This document shows, piece after piece, positions 35,517-45,599 of a stretch of DNA of 64,000 nt (positions are counted from its first letter, which is position 1; each line of letters opens with the position of its first letter). Origin of the DNA: Candidatus Uhrbacteria bacterium. GTDB taxonomy: Bacteria > Patescibacteriota > Patescibacteriia > UBA9934 > GWF2-40-263. Under the pieces are notes generated by a model, which made no database searches, was not told the origin of the DNA, and worked only from the letters and a program-made list of their open reading frames with translations. The position numbers were made by a program, and so were the translations under genes. The DNA lies in assembly GCA_013204385.1 (NCBI GenBank), contig JABMNY010000003.1:14270-78269 (forward strand), given 5' to 3'.

Positions 35517-36842
35517 TCACAGTGGAGCGCAGGCGAGTTTGAGCTCGGTCTGCATGGTCTTGAGATCAGGTCCCCCGTCGATGAGTTTCCTCATGAGTGC
35601 CTCGACGGCGAGGTGAATGCGCGGAAGGACACGTGGAAGGACGGGACGTTTGAACCCGTGTTCGAGCTTTCTCGCCGTACGTGGATCAACATGCGCAAGA
35701 CGGCGATGGATCGCGAGAAGTTCTTCTTTGTACATCAGTTGCTCGGATGCCCCGATGTCTTGTTTGCGATCTTCCAGAATTCCCACTTGGAGCAGGACCT
35801 CTTCAAGACGTCGGTGACAATCCATCTGAATCATCGCGCGATAGACGCGTCCGATGACATCCTTGGACTGGTCCACATATTGACCATCACTCGCAGTCGC
35901 AGCCTGACGCAGAAGTTGTGCCGCTTCATCGAGATCGTCCGCACAGCGATTGAACGAACGCGAGAACGGTCGGGAGACGATTGCTCGCAAGCGCTGTGCT
36001 TCGAACTCTATTTGACCAGCTTCCTTTCGAACAGAATTGGGAGTCCGTTTCAGAGGAACCAACCACTCCCCACGCAGACGATGCTCTTGACTTCGAGACA
36101 CATCACGCGAGATCTCGTGCAAGCGATCGATGTAGTGCTCAAGCACCACCTCGCGGAAACTCATCCGACGACCGATACCACGTACTGCTTGGATGCGCGA
36201 GGCAACCTTGTTCTCACCCGCAAAGCAGATGAGTGGAATCCGTCCTGGATTGAAACGACCGATTGAGTCGATCACAGAACCAGCTTGGAGCGTTCGCTGT
36301 TGAGCCATGACTTTCGTCTCGTCGATTGGCTTCCCGTATGCCTTGGCAGCACGCACCGCGATGAGCACGAACGACGATTGTCCTTCCTCATCGACCTTGC
36401 GCAATTCCCACGAGTATTTCATCAGCTCATCGAGTGTCCCCGCGAGCTTCTTGTTCGCCGGAATCTCGCGTGAGCGATATCGTCGATCAATCTTCCCAAG
36501 ACCACGACGCGCCTTGAAGACCCCATCGAATGACTGAAAGCACTGATCGACCTGGCTCTCGATAGGTCCGCCACTGAGACGTTCACTGACTTTCATATTT
36601 CGACTCAGGATACTTCCCGGCCGAAGTTCTCGAACATCTTTCGCCAACTCGTGACAGTCCATTGGGACTTCGTACAAGCAATGCGGAATAAGTTCGATGA
36701 GCTTGGCACCCGTAAGCACCAACGGCTCAATCTTGGGTTCGCCCTTTTTGCGACGACGACGATTCCGCAGAACCGTCAGGTCCCGGACGATGATTCTTGG
36801 CTCTTGTGGATCTGGCCACACGAACGAAAAAGGAACGGTCAC
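35517..36842 (-). CDS. Orphan Arg-rich alpha-helical protein
   Basis: 441-aa ORF, SD AGGAGG before GTG, TTGACA-17-TAATTT promoter near 36940-36968, terminator near 35445-35473; no family recognised. Confidence 0.7.
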   Translation of the reverse strand: MTVPFSFVWPDPQEPRIIVRDLTVLRNRRRRKKGEPKIEPLVLTGAKLIELIPHCLYEVPMDCHELAKDVRELRPGSILSRNMKVSERLSGGPIESQVDQCFQSFDGVFKARRGLGKIDRRYRSREIPANKKLAGTLDELMKYSWELRKVDEEGQSSFVLIAVRAAKAYGKPIDETKVMAQQRTLQAGSVIDSIGRFNPGRIPLICFAGENKVASRIQAVRGIGRRMSFREVVLEHYIDRLHEISRDVSRSQEHRLRGEWLVPLKRTPNSVRKEAGQIEFEAQRLRAIVSRPFSRSFNRCADDLDEAAQLLRQAATASDGQYVDQSKDVIGRVYRAMIQMDCHRRLEEVLLQVGILEDRKQDIGASEQLMYKEELLAIHRRLAHVDPRTARKLEHGFKRPVLPRVLPRIHLAVEALMRKLIDGGPDLKTMQTELKLACAPL

Positions 36843-36972
36843 GATAGCCTCCTAGGTGATTGGATCTTCCGATGTCTGAATTCAAAAGCTGAAACTCAGA
36901 AAACGAAAGACCCTCCAGAACCAAGGTCACCGAAGGGTCAAATTACGGATAAAACATCTTTTTGTCAATCCA

Positions 36973-37995
36973 TTACTTTAAGTACTTATACTTATTGTCA
37001 ATATGTTGATCAAAGGTTTTTGCATAGATTACTTCTCCTTCTGGAGAGGTAAGAAAGAACACGTAATCTGAATCCACTGGATTCAAGACGGCCAAAATCG
37101 CATTCATCCCAGGATTACTGATTGGTCCAGGAGGGAGTCCAAGGTTTCGATAGGTATTGTATGGTGAACTGATCTGACTATCATCAAGGGAGATAGATGG
37201 GGTATCCTTGCCCGTCACATAATTGACCGTAGAGTCAGCCTGAAGTGCCATGCCAATTTGCATGCGCGTGTAAAAGATTCCCGCAACAATTTTCATCTCA
37301 TCCGCCTGACGCACTTCGCGTTCTACAATCGACGCAAGTGTCATCATTTCATGAAACGTGAGCCCTCCTTCAAAAATAAGATTGCGAGGAATGACAATAT
37401 CATTTTCTGCCAACCTTCGCTTTAAGGTTAACACCATTGTCTCTACAACTGTCTCTGCCGTCGCATCTGCTCGGAATCGATACGTGTCGGGAAAAAGGTA
37501 TCCCTCCAGTCCTTGTCCAACTGGAATTCCAGAAAGGATTTCAGACTCGGCCACCATCCACTTGCCATTTGGTCCCGCTACCTCCTCCCATTCCTCTTGA
37601 GTGATCTCTGGTAATACACTCATGACAGCCTCCCCAATCTGCTTGAGTGTGTATCCTTCAGGAATGGTTACTTGCACTTCTGATACACGTGCATCTCCAA
37701 GCACAGAAACGATTGCTCGAAGACTCATTCCCGGTTTCAGTTCAAATATTCCTGCCTGAAGAATTGACCCTGATACCCTAGTGTACAATCGAAAAAAAAG
37801 CTGGCTTGTGATGATCCCTTCCGCTTCAAGTTGCTCTGCTATTCCAACTCCTCGAGACCCCTCTTCGATCGTAATCGATATAGCTTCCGCATCATCGTCA
37901 GGAGAAATCAGATAGGCATCAAACAGATAGGAGCCAGACAATACAACCCCGACTAAGAGCACGATTCCAATAATCAATCCAAGAAATTTCATCAT
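36973..37995 (-). CDS. mltG: Endolytic transglycosylase MltG
   Basis: TIPEG, LEGYLFPDTY, LASIVEREV, LQADST, SPYNTY, GLPPGPISNPG motifs. Confidence 0.95.
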   Translation of the reverse strand: MMKFLGLIIGIVLLVGVVLSGSYLFDAYLISPDDDAEAISITIEEGSRGVGIAEQLEAEGIITSQLFFRLYTRVSGSILQAGIFELKPGMSLRAIVSVLGDARVSEVQVTIPEGYTLKQIGEAVMSVLPEITQEEWEEVAGPNGKWMVAESEILSGIPVGQGLEGYLFPDTYRFRADATAETVVETMVLTLKRRLAENDIVIPRNLIFEGGLTFHEMMTLASIVEREVRQADEMKIVAGIFYTRMQIGMALQADSTVNYVTGKDTPSISLDDSQISSPYNTYRNLGLPPGPISNPGMNAILAVLNPVDSDYVFFLTSPEGEVIYAKTFDQHIDNKYKYLK

Positions 37996-37998
37996 AGA

Positions 37999-38481
37999 TT
38001 ACTTCCCATGACAGGCATTATATTTAGAACCTGACTCACAAAAACAATCACGTTCCTCTCGATCCTCCGCAGTTAACCATGAACTTGATTGCATCTTTCC
38101 GCCTTGCCCCACATTAAACACGGCTTCAATCCCAAGCTCACGACACACAATCGCCTCAGGAATATTGTCTGCAAATCTGTCCCCACCGTTCGCAAAAATC
38201 TGTGGCTCAATCATCCGCAATTCTCGACAAACAGATCGATCTTCATCATCAGGCTCATGCGCCGTAAACACCACACGTGTCACCCCCTTAATCGCCTCCA
38301 CGATTTCTCTCCGCTGATCCTGAGGCATGAACACATGTCCTTTCTTTTTTCTGAGCCAATGATCATTATTAATAATCACCACCAACTCATCTCCAAGAGC
38401 CGCCGCCTCCTGGATCATACGAATATGTCCAACATGAATTGGATCAAACCCCCCAGAAACAGTTACGATTTTTTTTGTCAT
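37999..38481 (-). CDS. Cytidylyltransferase (TagD/RfaE-like) with C-terminal SEC-C-like motif
   Basis: SGGFDPIHVGH (HxGH), FANGGDR, QSSSW; tail CFCESGSKYNACHGK. Confidence 0.85.
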   Translation of the reverse strand: MTKKIVTVSGGFDPIHVGHIRMIQEAAALGDELVVIINNDHWLRKKKGHVFMPQDQRREIVEAIKGVTRVVFTAHEPDDEDRSVCRELRMIEPQIFANGGDRFADNIPEAIVCRELGIEAVFNVGQGGKMQSSSWLTAEDREERDCFCESGSKYNACHGK

Positions 38482-39011
38482 AGTCTCTCTAAAATCATAA
38501 TTACGCCGACGGTCGCATACGGTGTGACAAGAAGTCCGATGAATGCTCCTGCAAGAATATCTGAAAAAAAGTGGACTCCTGTGGCTACTCGACCAAGTGC
38601 AACCACAATACCAGCCGCAAGCATATACGGCAAAAGGGCTGTATAAAATAAGAAACTCAAAGAAATAATCGTGAATGCAAAGGTCGCATGTGCGCTTGGA
38701 AACGACGCTGTATGAACAAATGGATCAATAAGTGGTTTCTGTTTCGTTTCAAGATACGGACGCTTTCGATTAACCAATTTTGAAATAATTCCTGTCACCC
38801 CCCATGCAGGAAGCAGAAGTGCAAGTACGAACAACGTGTCGGCCCCAGGAACAAAAACGATTGTTTCGGAATTCCATGCCGTAACCGTCACGAGCACCCC
38901 AATCATCAACCAGATAAGATGGGTCGATGCGGCAACAGCAATATGTCGAGAAAGCCAGTGCTGACGCGTCTTGTTAAAAAAGGCGTGAGAGAATTTATGA
39001 TCGATGTTCAT
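38478..39011 (-). CDS. PAP2-family phosphatase
   Basis: KLVNRKRP, SFPSAH, GRVATGVHFFSDILAG motifs. Confidence 0.88.
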   Translation of the reverse strand: MNIDHKFSHAFFNKTRQHWLSRHIAVAASTHLIWLMIGVLVTVTAWNSETIVFVPGADTLFVLALLLPAWGVTGIISKLVNRKRPYLETKQKPLIDPFVHTASFPSAHATFAFTIISLSFLFYTALLPYMLAAGIVVALGRVATGVHFFSDILAGAFIGLLVTPYATVGVIMILERL

Positions 39012-39012
39012 A

Positions 39013-40134
39013 TTACACAGCTTGTTCTCTTAATTGTTCGAGCTCGAGCTCTCGTCGCTTAATATCAGTAAGCATCTCTTCTGCATTCTTTGGTATGGCA
39101 AGATTCTTCTGTTTGAATGCACACTGTTCGCGCACAGGGCAGGCCCAGCATCGGGGTTTACTAATACAGATGTACCGCCCATGCTTCACAAATACCTGAT
39201 TCACCGTTTTCTTCATCTTGTCTGGCACAATCTTCAACAACGCTTCTTCTGTTTTTTCTGGCGTCTTCGTCTTTACCCATCCTAATCGATTTGTGACGCG
39301 GTGAACATGGGTATCCACCGCAATCGCAGGTGTATCAAACGAGGCAACGAGAACGACACTTGCAGTCTTACGTCCCACCCCAGCAAGACTCACGAGCTCT
39401 TCCATGGTATCAGGAATCTCAGCATCAAACTTTTCCACGACATCAACAGCCATCGACTTTAGATTCTTCGCCTTCTGTCGAAACATGCCAATCGTGTTGA
39501 TCTTTTGTTCGATCTGTTTCGTTGTTGCTTTTGCAAGTTTTTGAGGAGTAGGAAACGCTTTGAAAAAACCTGGCATCAACTTCAACACCTGTTCATCTCG
39601 TGTCCGTGCACTCAACAACACCCCTACCAAATTCTGATAGGGATTCCCAATCTCCATCGCCCCAGGGTTCGGCCATCGTTTTTTAAGAAGTTGAAGTATG
39701 GAAAAAATTTCTTGAGAACGAAACCAGACACTTTTTTCAATTTTTTTCTGATACCTTCGATCTACATCATTTTTATGAGAACGTACTATAGCGAATGCTG
39801 CTGAAGTTTCCGTCCTTACTAATTGGAGTAATATAGATCCTTGTTGATCGGGATCAAGGGCATACCATTGACGATATAAAACGTTTACAGCCGCAAGAGA
39901 ACCTGATGACGCAAGATCAAACAGTAAATCATTTTGCTTCCAATCCTGATAAAAGCCCATGTGTTTCTCAACAAAATCAACATGAGATGCCTTTCCACTT
40001 CTCGCACACAACGAAAGCAAAAGATACCTCTCATCCATAGAAAGTATCTGCCAACATTTTTCAAGAGAGCGTGTCGCAGTCAATTCTGGCCAACGCTCCT
40101 TGAGCAGTTTTAAAAACACCGCATCTGTCTTCAT
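39013..40134 (-). CDS. nth: Endonuclease III with ~140-aa N-terminal extension
   Basis: LLSARTRD, LAGVGRKTA (HhH), AVDTHVHRV, C-x5-C-x2-C-x5-C Fe-S motif. Confidence 0.88.
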   Translation of the reverse strand: MKTDAVFLKLLKERWPELTATRSLEKCWQILSMDERYLLLSLCARSGKASHVDFVEKHMGFYQDWKQNDLLFDLASSGSLAAVNVLYRQWYALDPDQQGSILLQLVRTETSAAFAIVRSHKNDVDRRYQKKIEKSVWFRSQEIFSILQLLKKRWPNPGAMEIGNPYQNLVGVLLSARTRDEQVLKLMPGFFKAFPTPQKLAKATTKQIEQKINTIGMFRQKAKNLKSMAVDVVEKFDAEIPDTMEELVSLAGVGRKTASVVLVASFDTPAIAVDTHVHRVTNRLGWVKTKTPEKTEEALLKIVPDKMKKTVNQVFVKHGRYICISKPRCWACPVREQCAFKQKNLAIPKNAEEMLTDIKRRELELEQLREQAV

Positions 40135-40136
40135 AT

Positions 40137-41717
40137 CTACAAGAGTGACTGCCCCGTCATGTCAGGAGGTTGCTCAATTCCCATCACTGCAAGAATGGTC
40201 GGTGCAACATCAGCCAGCATTCCCACAGGCGACATCAGTGAGAGATCTCCCTCTGGAACCTCTCCGGCAATCGACGGCTGACCTTCATATTCTTTTCCGA
40301 TAATAAGGAATGGCACAGGATTGGTCGCATGCTCTTTGTAGTTCTCTCCCGTGCGCAGGTTTTTCATTTCTTCTGCGTTGCCGTGATCCGCCGTGATAAA
40401 CACATGTCCTTCTCGCGCAAGCGTCTCATCCACAATTTTCCCAATGCACTCATCCACGACCGCAATCCCTTTCATCGCGGCTGCTTGATCTCCGGTATGT
40501 CCTACCATATCAGGATTGGCAAAGTTCGTGACGATGAAATCAAATTTATTTTCACGCATTTCTTTCACGACACGATCTGCAATAAGTCGTGCACTCATCT
40601 CCGGAGCCTCATTATAATTTGCGACCTTTGGACTTGGGATGATAATGCGTTCTTCACCTGGAAACGCCTCTTCCTTTGTTCCATTCAAGAAGAATGTGAC
40701 ATGCGCATACTTTTCCGTCTCTGCAATATGAAGTTGCTTAAGCCCCTTCTCAGATAATATTTGTGCCAAGGTGTGCTCAATAACTTCTGGAGCAAACGCG
40801 ACTTCTACAGGAAGTCCTTTCTCATACTCTGCCATGGTCACAGAAAAGACATTCTTCACTTGCGTACGAACGAACCCATCAAAATCCGGTAATACAAATG
40901 CCTTACAAAGTTCCCGCATACGGTCTGGACGAAAATTGAAAAAAATGACCGCATCATTCTCTTCCACGCGACCAACTGGCGCCCCATCTTTCACAATCAC
41001 TGTCGGCAAAAACTCCTCGTCATACACTTCCTTTTGATACGATGCACGAATTGCTTCAAGTGGATCTTCAGCGGTTTCTCCAACTCCCGTCACCATTGCG
41101 TTATACGCTTTTTCTACTCGATCCCATCTTGTATCACGATCCATCGCATAATAACGCCCTGACAAAGAAGCAATCTTCCCGATCTTCAATTCAGCCATCT
41201 TTGCTTGTAAGTTCGTTAAAAAATCGATTCCTGCATTATAAACAGTGTCACGACCGTCGAGAATGGCTTGCACACAAACCTCTTTCACGCCGGCCATTTT
41301 TGCCGCTTCCAAGAGAGCGTGACAATGTAAATCCATTGAATGCACACGGCCCTGCGAGACCATTCCAATGAGATGCAGTTTACTTCCCTGTTTTTTGACA
41401 TGCTCAAACGCATGAACAAACCCTTCAATCCCCGCGAACTCCCCTGCTTCCATTGTACGATTGATGCGTGGAAAGGTTTGATAGTACACACGCCCCGCAC
41501 CGATTGCCAAGTGTCCGACTTCTGAATTTCCCATCTCCCCCCAACTCAATCCAACCTCCTCTCCAGAGGCTCGAAGGGTCATCGTTGGATAGGTGCGAAC
41601 AAATCGATCGTACTGAGGAGTCTTTGCTCGTACAATGGCATTTCCCTCTCCATCAGGCGCCACACCAAACCCATCAATAATGATAAGCACGTTCGGTTTT
41701 TTTAGGGGGTCAGACAT
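40137..41717 (-). CDS. gpmI: 2,3-bisphosphoglycerate-independent phosphoglycerate mutase
   Basis: MGNSEVGH, DGRD, GRYYAMDRD, ETEKYAHVTFF, NPDMVGHTG, TADHGNAE. Confidence 0.96.
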   Translation of the reverse strand: MSDPLKKPNVLIIIDGFGVAPDGEGNAIVRAKTPQYDRFVRTYPTMTLRASGEEVGLSWGEMGNSEVGHLAIGAGRVYYQTFPRINRTMEAGEFAGIEGFVHAFEHVKKQGSKLHLIGMVSQGRVHSMDLHCHALLEAAKMAGVKEVCVQAILDGRDTVYNAGIDFLTNLQAKMAELKIGKIASLSGRYYAMDRDTRWDRVEKAYNAMVTGVGETAEDPLEAIRASYQKEVYDEEFLPTVIVKDGAPVGRVEENDAVIFFNFRPDRMRELCKAFVLPDFDGFVRTQVKNVFSVTMAEYEKGLPVEVAFAPEVIEHTLAQILSEKGLKQLHIAETEKYAHVTFFLNGTKEEAFPGEERIIIPSPKVANYNEAPEMSARLIADRVVKEMRENKFDFIVTNFANPDMVGHTGDQAAAMKGIAVVDECIGKIVDETLAREGHVFITADHGNAEEMKNLRTGENYKEHATNPVPFLIIGKEYEGQPSIAGEVPEGDLSLMSPVGMLADVAPTILAVMGIEQPPDMTGQSLL

Positions 41718-41749
41718 ACAGGATTTAGTAACAGTTATTGATATTCTTC

Positions 41750-42619
41750 TTAGTTCGTCTGTTCATCTTTTCTACGCAAACGCTCTAAAAGTGGTCCACA
41801 AATTCGCTGGAACTCCTGAAATAAAACCTTCTTATTTGAACCGTATTGTTCGAAAATCGTTCTTGCAAGAAGCAAGTACTTTTCATCAGGATTGCTCGCA
41901 CTTAGTAAAAGGGCTTCCTCTCCTGTTTGCTTCACTTCCTCTTTATGCTCTGGCACTCTTCGAAATGCAGTCTCACTTAAAAAAAGGACGATTGTTTTTT
42001 CGTACGCACGACGTACAGATTCAAAATCTTTGTGATCCACCTCTGAAGCAATTTTCTCAAAAGCGACTTTGGCAACTTCCGGATGTTCATAATCACCAAC
42101 CGTCAAAACTTCCATGAGTGCGCTTGTAGATTCCGAATCTAAAAACGAAGCAAACAAAGGTCGTCCTTCGAAAATTTGTGAAAAGATGAGAGCAGGAAAT
42201 TCCTCGAGCATCACGTTCGGATCTGTGTACCCTTCTTCTAACGTTGCCGTAAGGAAGCTTGGCACCAAACTCTTTCCTTCGCTTTTATCATACATCGCAA
42301 TCGCATGAGCTGGGTCATGAAATGAAATGAATCCAAAGCGCTCTTTTGGATCGAATAAGCATTGCTTCGCTTTCTCCTTCGTTGAAATTTCGGCTCCAGG
42401 GCGATGCAGAGCCGCATTCACTAATCGTTTACTCACATGCTCGACAAAACGACCTACGTCTGCCTTCTCTTCCTCTGAAAGTTTTTCTCCCTCAAGCAGA
42501 AAGAAATTATCAATTGCTTCATCAGAAACTTCTCGTGAACCAAAAATTTCGCGTGACTTTCGGTAAATAGCCTCACGAATAATAGGATCTCGATAAAAGG
42601 AGGGTCGACGTTCAGTCAT
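41750..42619 (-). CDS. Hypothetical protein
   Basis: 289-aa ORF co-directional within the eno-gpmI operon; no motif recognised. Confidence 0.65.
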   Translation of the reverse strand: MTERRPSFYRDPIIREAIYRKSREIFGSREVSDEAIDNFFLLEGEKLSEEEKADVGRFVEHVSKRLVNAALHRPGAEISTKEKAKQCLFDPKERFGFISFHDPAHAIAMYDKSEGKSLVPSFLTATLEEGYTDPNVMLEEFPALIFSQIFEGRPLFASFLDSESTSALMEVLTVGDYEHPEVAKVAFEKIASEVDHKDFESVRRAYEKTIVLFLSETAFRRVPEHKEEVKQTGEEALLLSASNPDEKYLLLARTIFEQYGSNKKVLFQEFQRICGPLLERLRRKDEQTN

Positions 42620-42623
42620 ATAC

Positions 42624-43877
42624 TTAACTCACTTCCTCTTCAATTTCCATTAACCGATTATACTTTGCAAGACGTTCTGAGCGTGACAAGGAGCCTGTCT
42701 TGATAAAGTCTGCGTTCACCGCAACCGCGAGATCTGCGATTGTTGTATCTGCTGTTTCTCCAGAGCGATGTGAAACACTCACTTTCCACCCATATTGTTT
42801 TGCCAGCATAATGGCATCCACAGACTCAGTGAGTGTTCCAATTTGGTTTACCTTAATCAAAATGGCATTCCCCGCTTTCAGTTCAATCGCTTTTGCTAGT
42901 CGAGCAACATTTGTCACAAGAAAATCGTCTCCCACAAGTGTCACTTTTTTCCCGAGACGTTTTGTAAGCTCCACCCAACCGTCCCAATCATCTTGATCAA
43001 GACCATCTTCCAAAGAAATGATTGGGTATTTTGCAAGCCATCCTTCCCATAAATCAATCATTTGCGCACTTGTCATCTTCTTTGCTTCTGTCTTCAATAT
43101 GTACCGTTTTGTCTTTTTATCATAGAGCTCTGAAACCGCAGGATCCATGGCAAGAAACACATTCTTTCCTGGGATATACCCAGCGTTCTTAATTGCCACA
43201 ATAATCAACTTAAACGCCTCTTCATTGTTTTTGAGCGGTACAGCGTATCCTCCTTCATCACCTTTGAGAGTTGAGTATCCCTTCTTCTTCAAAAGTAATC
43301 CAAGCTCTTCAAAAATCTCCGCCCCTGCTCGCACTCGTTCCTTAAACGTTGCTTGTTTTGGAACGATCATGAATTCCTGAAAATCTAAAATCCATCCTGC
43401 ATGCGCCCCACCATTCAAAACATTCATGGTTGGCACAGGAAGTTTGTACGTTGTAAACGGGAGTTCAAATGTCTCTCGAATATACGCATACAGTGGCATT
43501 TTCTTTGCTCGCGCCGCCGCATATGCACACGCAAGACTCACACCTAAAATGGCATTCGCCCCAAGATGGGCCTTATTAAGCGATCCATCAAGCTCCATCA
43601 TCACCGCATCAATATCCCGTTGATGCATTACGTTCATCCCTATAAGAGCTGGGGCAATTTTCTTATGCACATTCGCCACGGCCTTCAAAACCCCCTTCCC
43701 GTGGTAGCGTTTCGCGTCTCCATCACGTAACTCAAGAGCCTCGTGCACTCCTGTAGAAGCACCACTTGGAACGCTTGCGCTTCCTGATATCCCTCCTTTC
43801 AACAACACAGTTACATTCAAAGTCGGATTCCCACGAGAATCTAGGATTTCATGTGTGTGGATAGATTCAATTTTCAT
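42624..43877 (-). CDS. eno: Enolase
   Basis: EILDSRGNPT, VPSGASTG, GDEGG, KVNQIGT, SHRSGET. Confidence 0.97.
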   Translation of the reverse strand: MKIESIHTHEILDSRGNPTLNVTVLLKGGISGSASVPSGASTGVHEALELRDGDAKRYHGKGVLKAVANVHKKIAPALIGMNVMHQRDIDAVMMELDGSLNKAHLGANAILGVSLACAYAAARAKKMPLYAYIRETFELPFTTYKLPVPTMNVLNGGAHAGWILDFQEFMIVPKQATFKERVRAGAEIFEELGLLLKKKGYSTLKGDEGGYAVPLKNNEEAFKLIIVAIKNAGYIPGKNVFLAMDPAVSELYDKKTKRYILKTEAKKMTSAQMIDLWEGWLAKYPIISLEDGLDQDDWDGWVELTKRLGKKVTLVGDDFLVTNVARLAKAIELKAGNAILIKVNQIGTLTESVDAIMLAKQYGWKVSVSHRSGETADTTIADLAVAVNADFIKTGSLSRSERLAKYNRLMEIEEEVS

Positions 43878-43880
43878 AGA

Positions 43881-45065
43881 CTACATGGTAAGTGCTTCAA
43901 TTCCAGGCAGAGACTCTCCCGCAAGAAATTGAAGGAGGGCCCCTCCTCCTGTTGAAAGAAGAGTATATTTATCCGCAAGTTTAAGTGCTTCGATGACCGG
44001 AAGTGTATCTCCCCCACCCACAATCGTTGTTGTACTTCCCGTCTGATGGGCGATCACCTTTGCGACATCACGCGTCCCTGCACAAAATGCTGCAATTTCA
44101 CAATAACCGAGCGGCCCATTCCAGACAATCGTCTTGGCAGTACTGAGAGTTTCTTGAAAGAGTTTTCGTGTGCGTGGCCCGATATCCACAATGCGATCTG
44201 TCTCGCCAATCTCTTCTACAGCAACCTCACGTTGTTTCGCATCTTTTCTAAGCGAACGCACAACAACGACGTCTAACGGAAGGAGGATTCTGTCTCCATG
44301 AGTTCGCAGGAGTGTGCGAGCTGATTCAACAGATGCTTCCTCATATACAGATCTCCCCACAGACAGACCTTTCGCTACTAAAAAGACATTCGCAAGTGCT
44401 CCTCCGACTAATAAGTTATCTAGATCAGAAATAAATCGTTCAATGATCGGAAGCTTCGTCGTCATTTTAAGCCCCCCGAGCATTAACACGAACGGCTTTT
44501 TTGCTTGTTTCTCAAGTCGACTGAGTACCGCCACCTCTTGAGCCAACAAAGGACCTGCGTACGAAGGAAGATGTGAGGTAATCGCCACAAGTGACGCATG
44601 CGCGCGATGCGAAACAGCAAACGCATCATTTACATAGACATCTGCTAATCGCGCGAGCTCTTGTGCAAATCCTTCATCGTTCTCAGATTCTCGCGCATCG
44701 AACCGCAAATTTTCTAATAACAAAACTTCTCCATTTTCCATTTTTTCAATCGCTCGCTCAACATCTTTCCCAATCACCGATCGCATCACTTGAATGCGTG
44801 TTCCCAACAAACCCGAAAGTCGCTTCGCAATTGGTTTCACAGAATACGCAGAAATATGCCGACCGTTTGGTCGACCAAGGTGCGTCATCACAATAACTTT
44901 TGCTCCACGTTGTGAAAGCCAATTAATATCCACAGCACTACGAGCGATCCGTCCATGAGGACCATCTTGTGCGCGTCCTTTAATCACAGGCACATTTCCA
45001 TCGATGCGAATCAAGACTCGTTTTCCTTTCAGATTCATCGTGTTCCCAAGTTTGCGTAATTTCAT
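43881..45065 (-). CDS. pgk: Phosphoglycerate kinase
   Basis: HLGRP, LLENLRF, VNDAFAVSHRAHAS, WNGPLG, GGGDT, STGGGA. Confidence 0.95.
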   Translation of the reverse strand: MKLRKLGNTMNLKGKRVLIRIDGNVPVIKGRAQDGPHGRIARSAVDINWLSQRGAKVIVMTHLGRPNGRHISAYSVKPIAKRLSGLLGTRIQVMRSVIGKDVERAIEKMENGEVLLLENLRFDARESENDEGFAQELARLADVYVNDAFAVSHRAHASLVAITSHLPSYAGPLLAQEVAVLSRLEKQAKKPFVLMLGGLKMTTKLPIIERFISDLDNLLVGGALANVFLVAKGLSVGRSVYEEASVESARTLLRTHGDRILLPLDVVVVRSLRKDAKQREVAVEEIGETDRIVDIGPRTRKLFQETLSTAKTIVWNGPLGYCEIAAFCAGTRDVAKVIAHQTGSTTTIVGGGDTLPVIEALKLADKYTLLSTGGGALLQFLAGESLPGIEALTM

Positions 45066-45090
45066 AATCATTCTCCCCCCTATTCCCCAA

Positions 45091-45591
45091 TTAACCCAAA
45101 AACAGACGAACCCACTTCATGCGAGGTGCAAGTCGGCGTTCGATAATTGAATCTACCCCCCACACATGACCGAATCCACCAAGAATAAAAAGTAAAAGGA
45201 CTGTTGCATAGACAACATGTTCATCTATGAACCCGTGTGCCGTATTCCCCACAAGATCTGCAAAGTAATACAGGACCATTATAACGATTCCAAACGCAGA
45301 AGCTGTTCGCACAAGCAGACCAATGATAAGCGCTACACCTATCAGTGTCAGTCCCCACATATTCAAGAAATCAATAAATCCATTGCCCGCAAGCGACTGA
45401 AACCAAGAGGCAAATGGACCAGTTGCATTTGCGAGATATCCTGCTGCACTCCAATCAGGAGAAACGAGTTTTGACCAACCTGCATAGAAGAATAAAAATC
45501 CGATCACGATCCGCAAAAGCACAACTCCCCATCCCATCGCTTCTTGATAGGTTCCTTCAATAAATGTATCAAATGATGTTGATTTTCTCAT
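45091..45591 (-). CDS. DoxX-family membrane protein
   Basis: LRIVIGFLFFYAGWSKL...GVALIIGLLVR...WGVD pattern. Confidence 0.8.
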   Translation of the reverse strand: MRKSTSFDTFIEGTYQEAMGWGVVLLRIVIGFLFFYAGWSKLVSPDWSAAGYLANATGPFASWFQSLAGNGFIDFLNMWGLTLIGVALIIGLLVRTASAFGIVIMVLYYFADLVGNTAHGFIDEHVVYATVLLLFILGGFGHVWGVDSIIERRLAPRMKWVRLFLG

Positions 45592-45599
45592 ATATCTGA

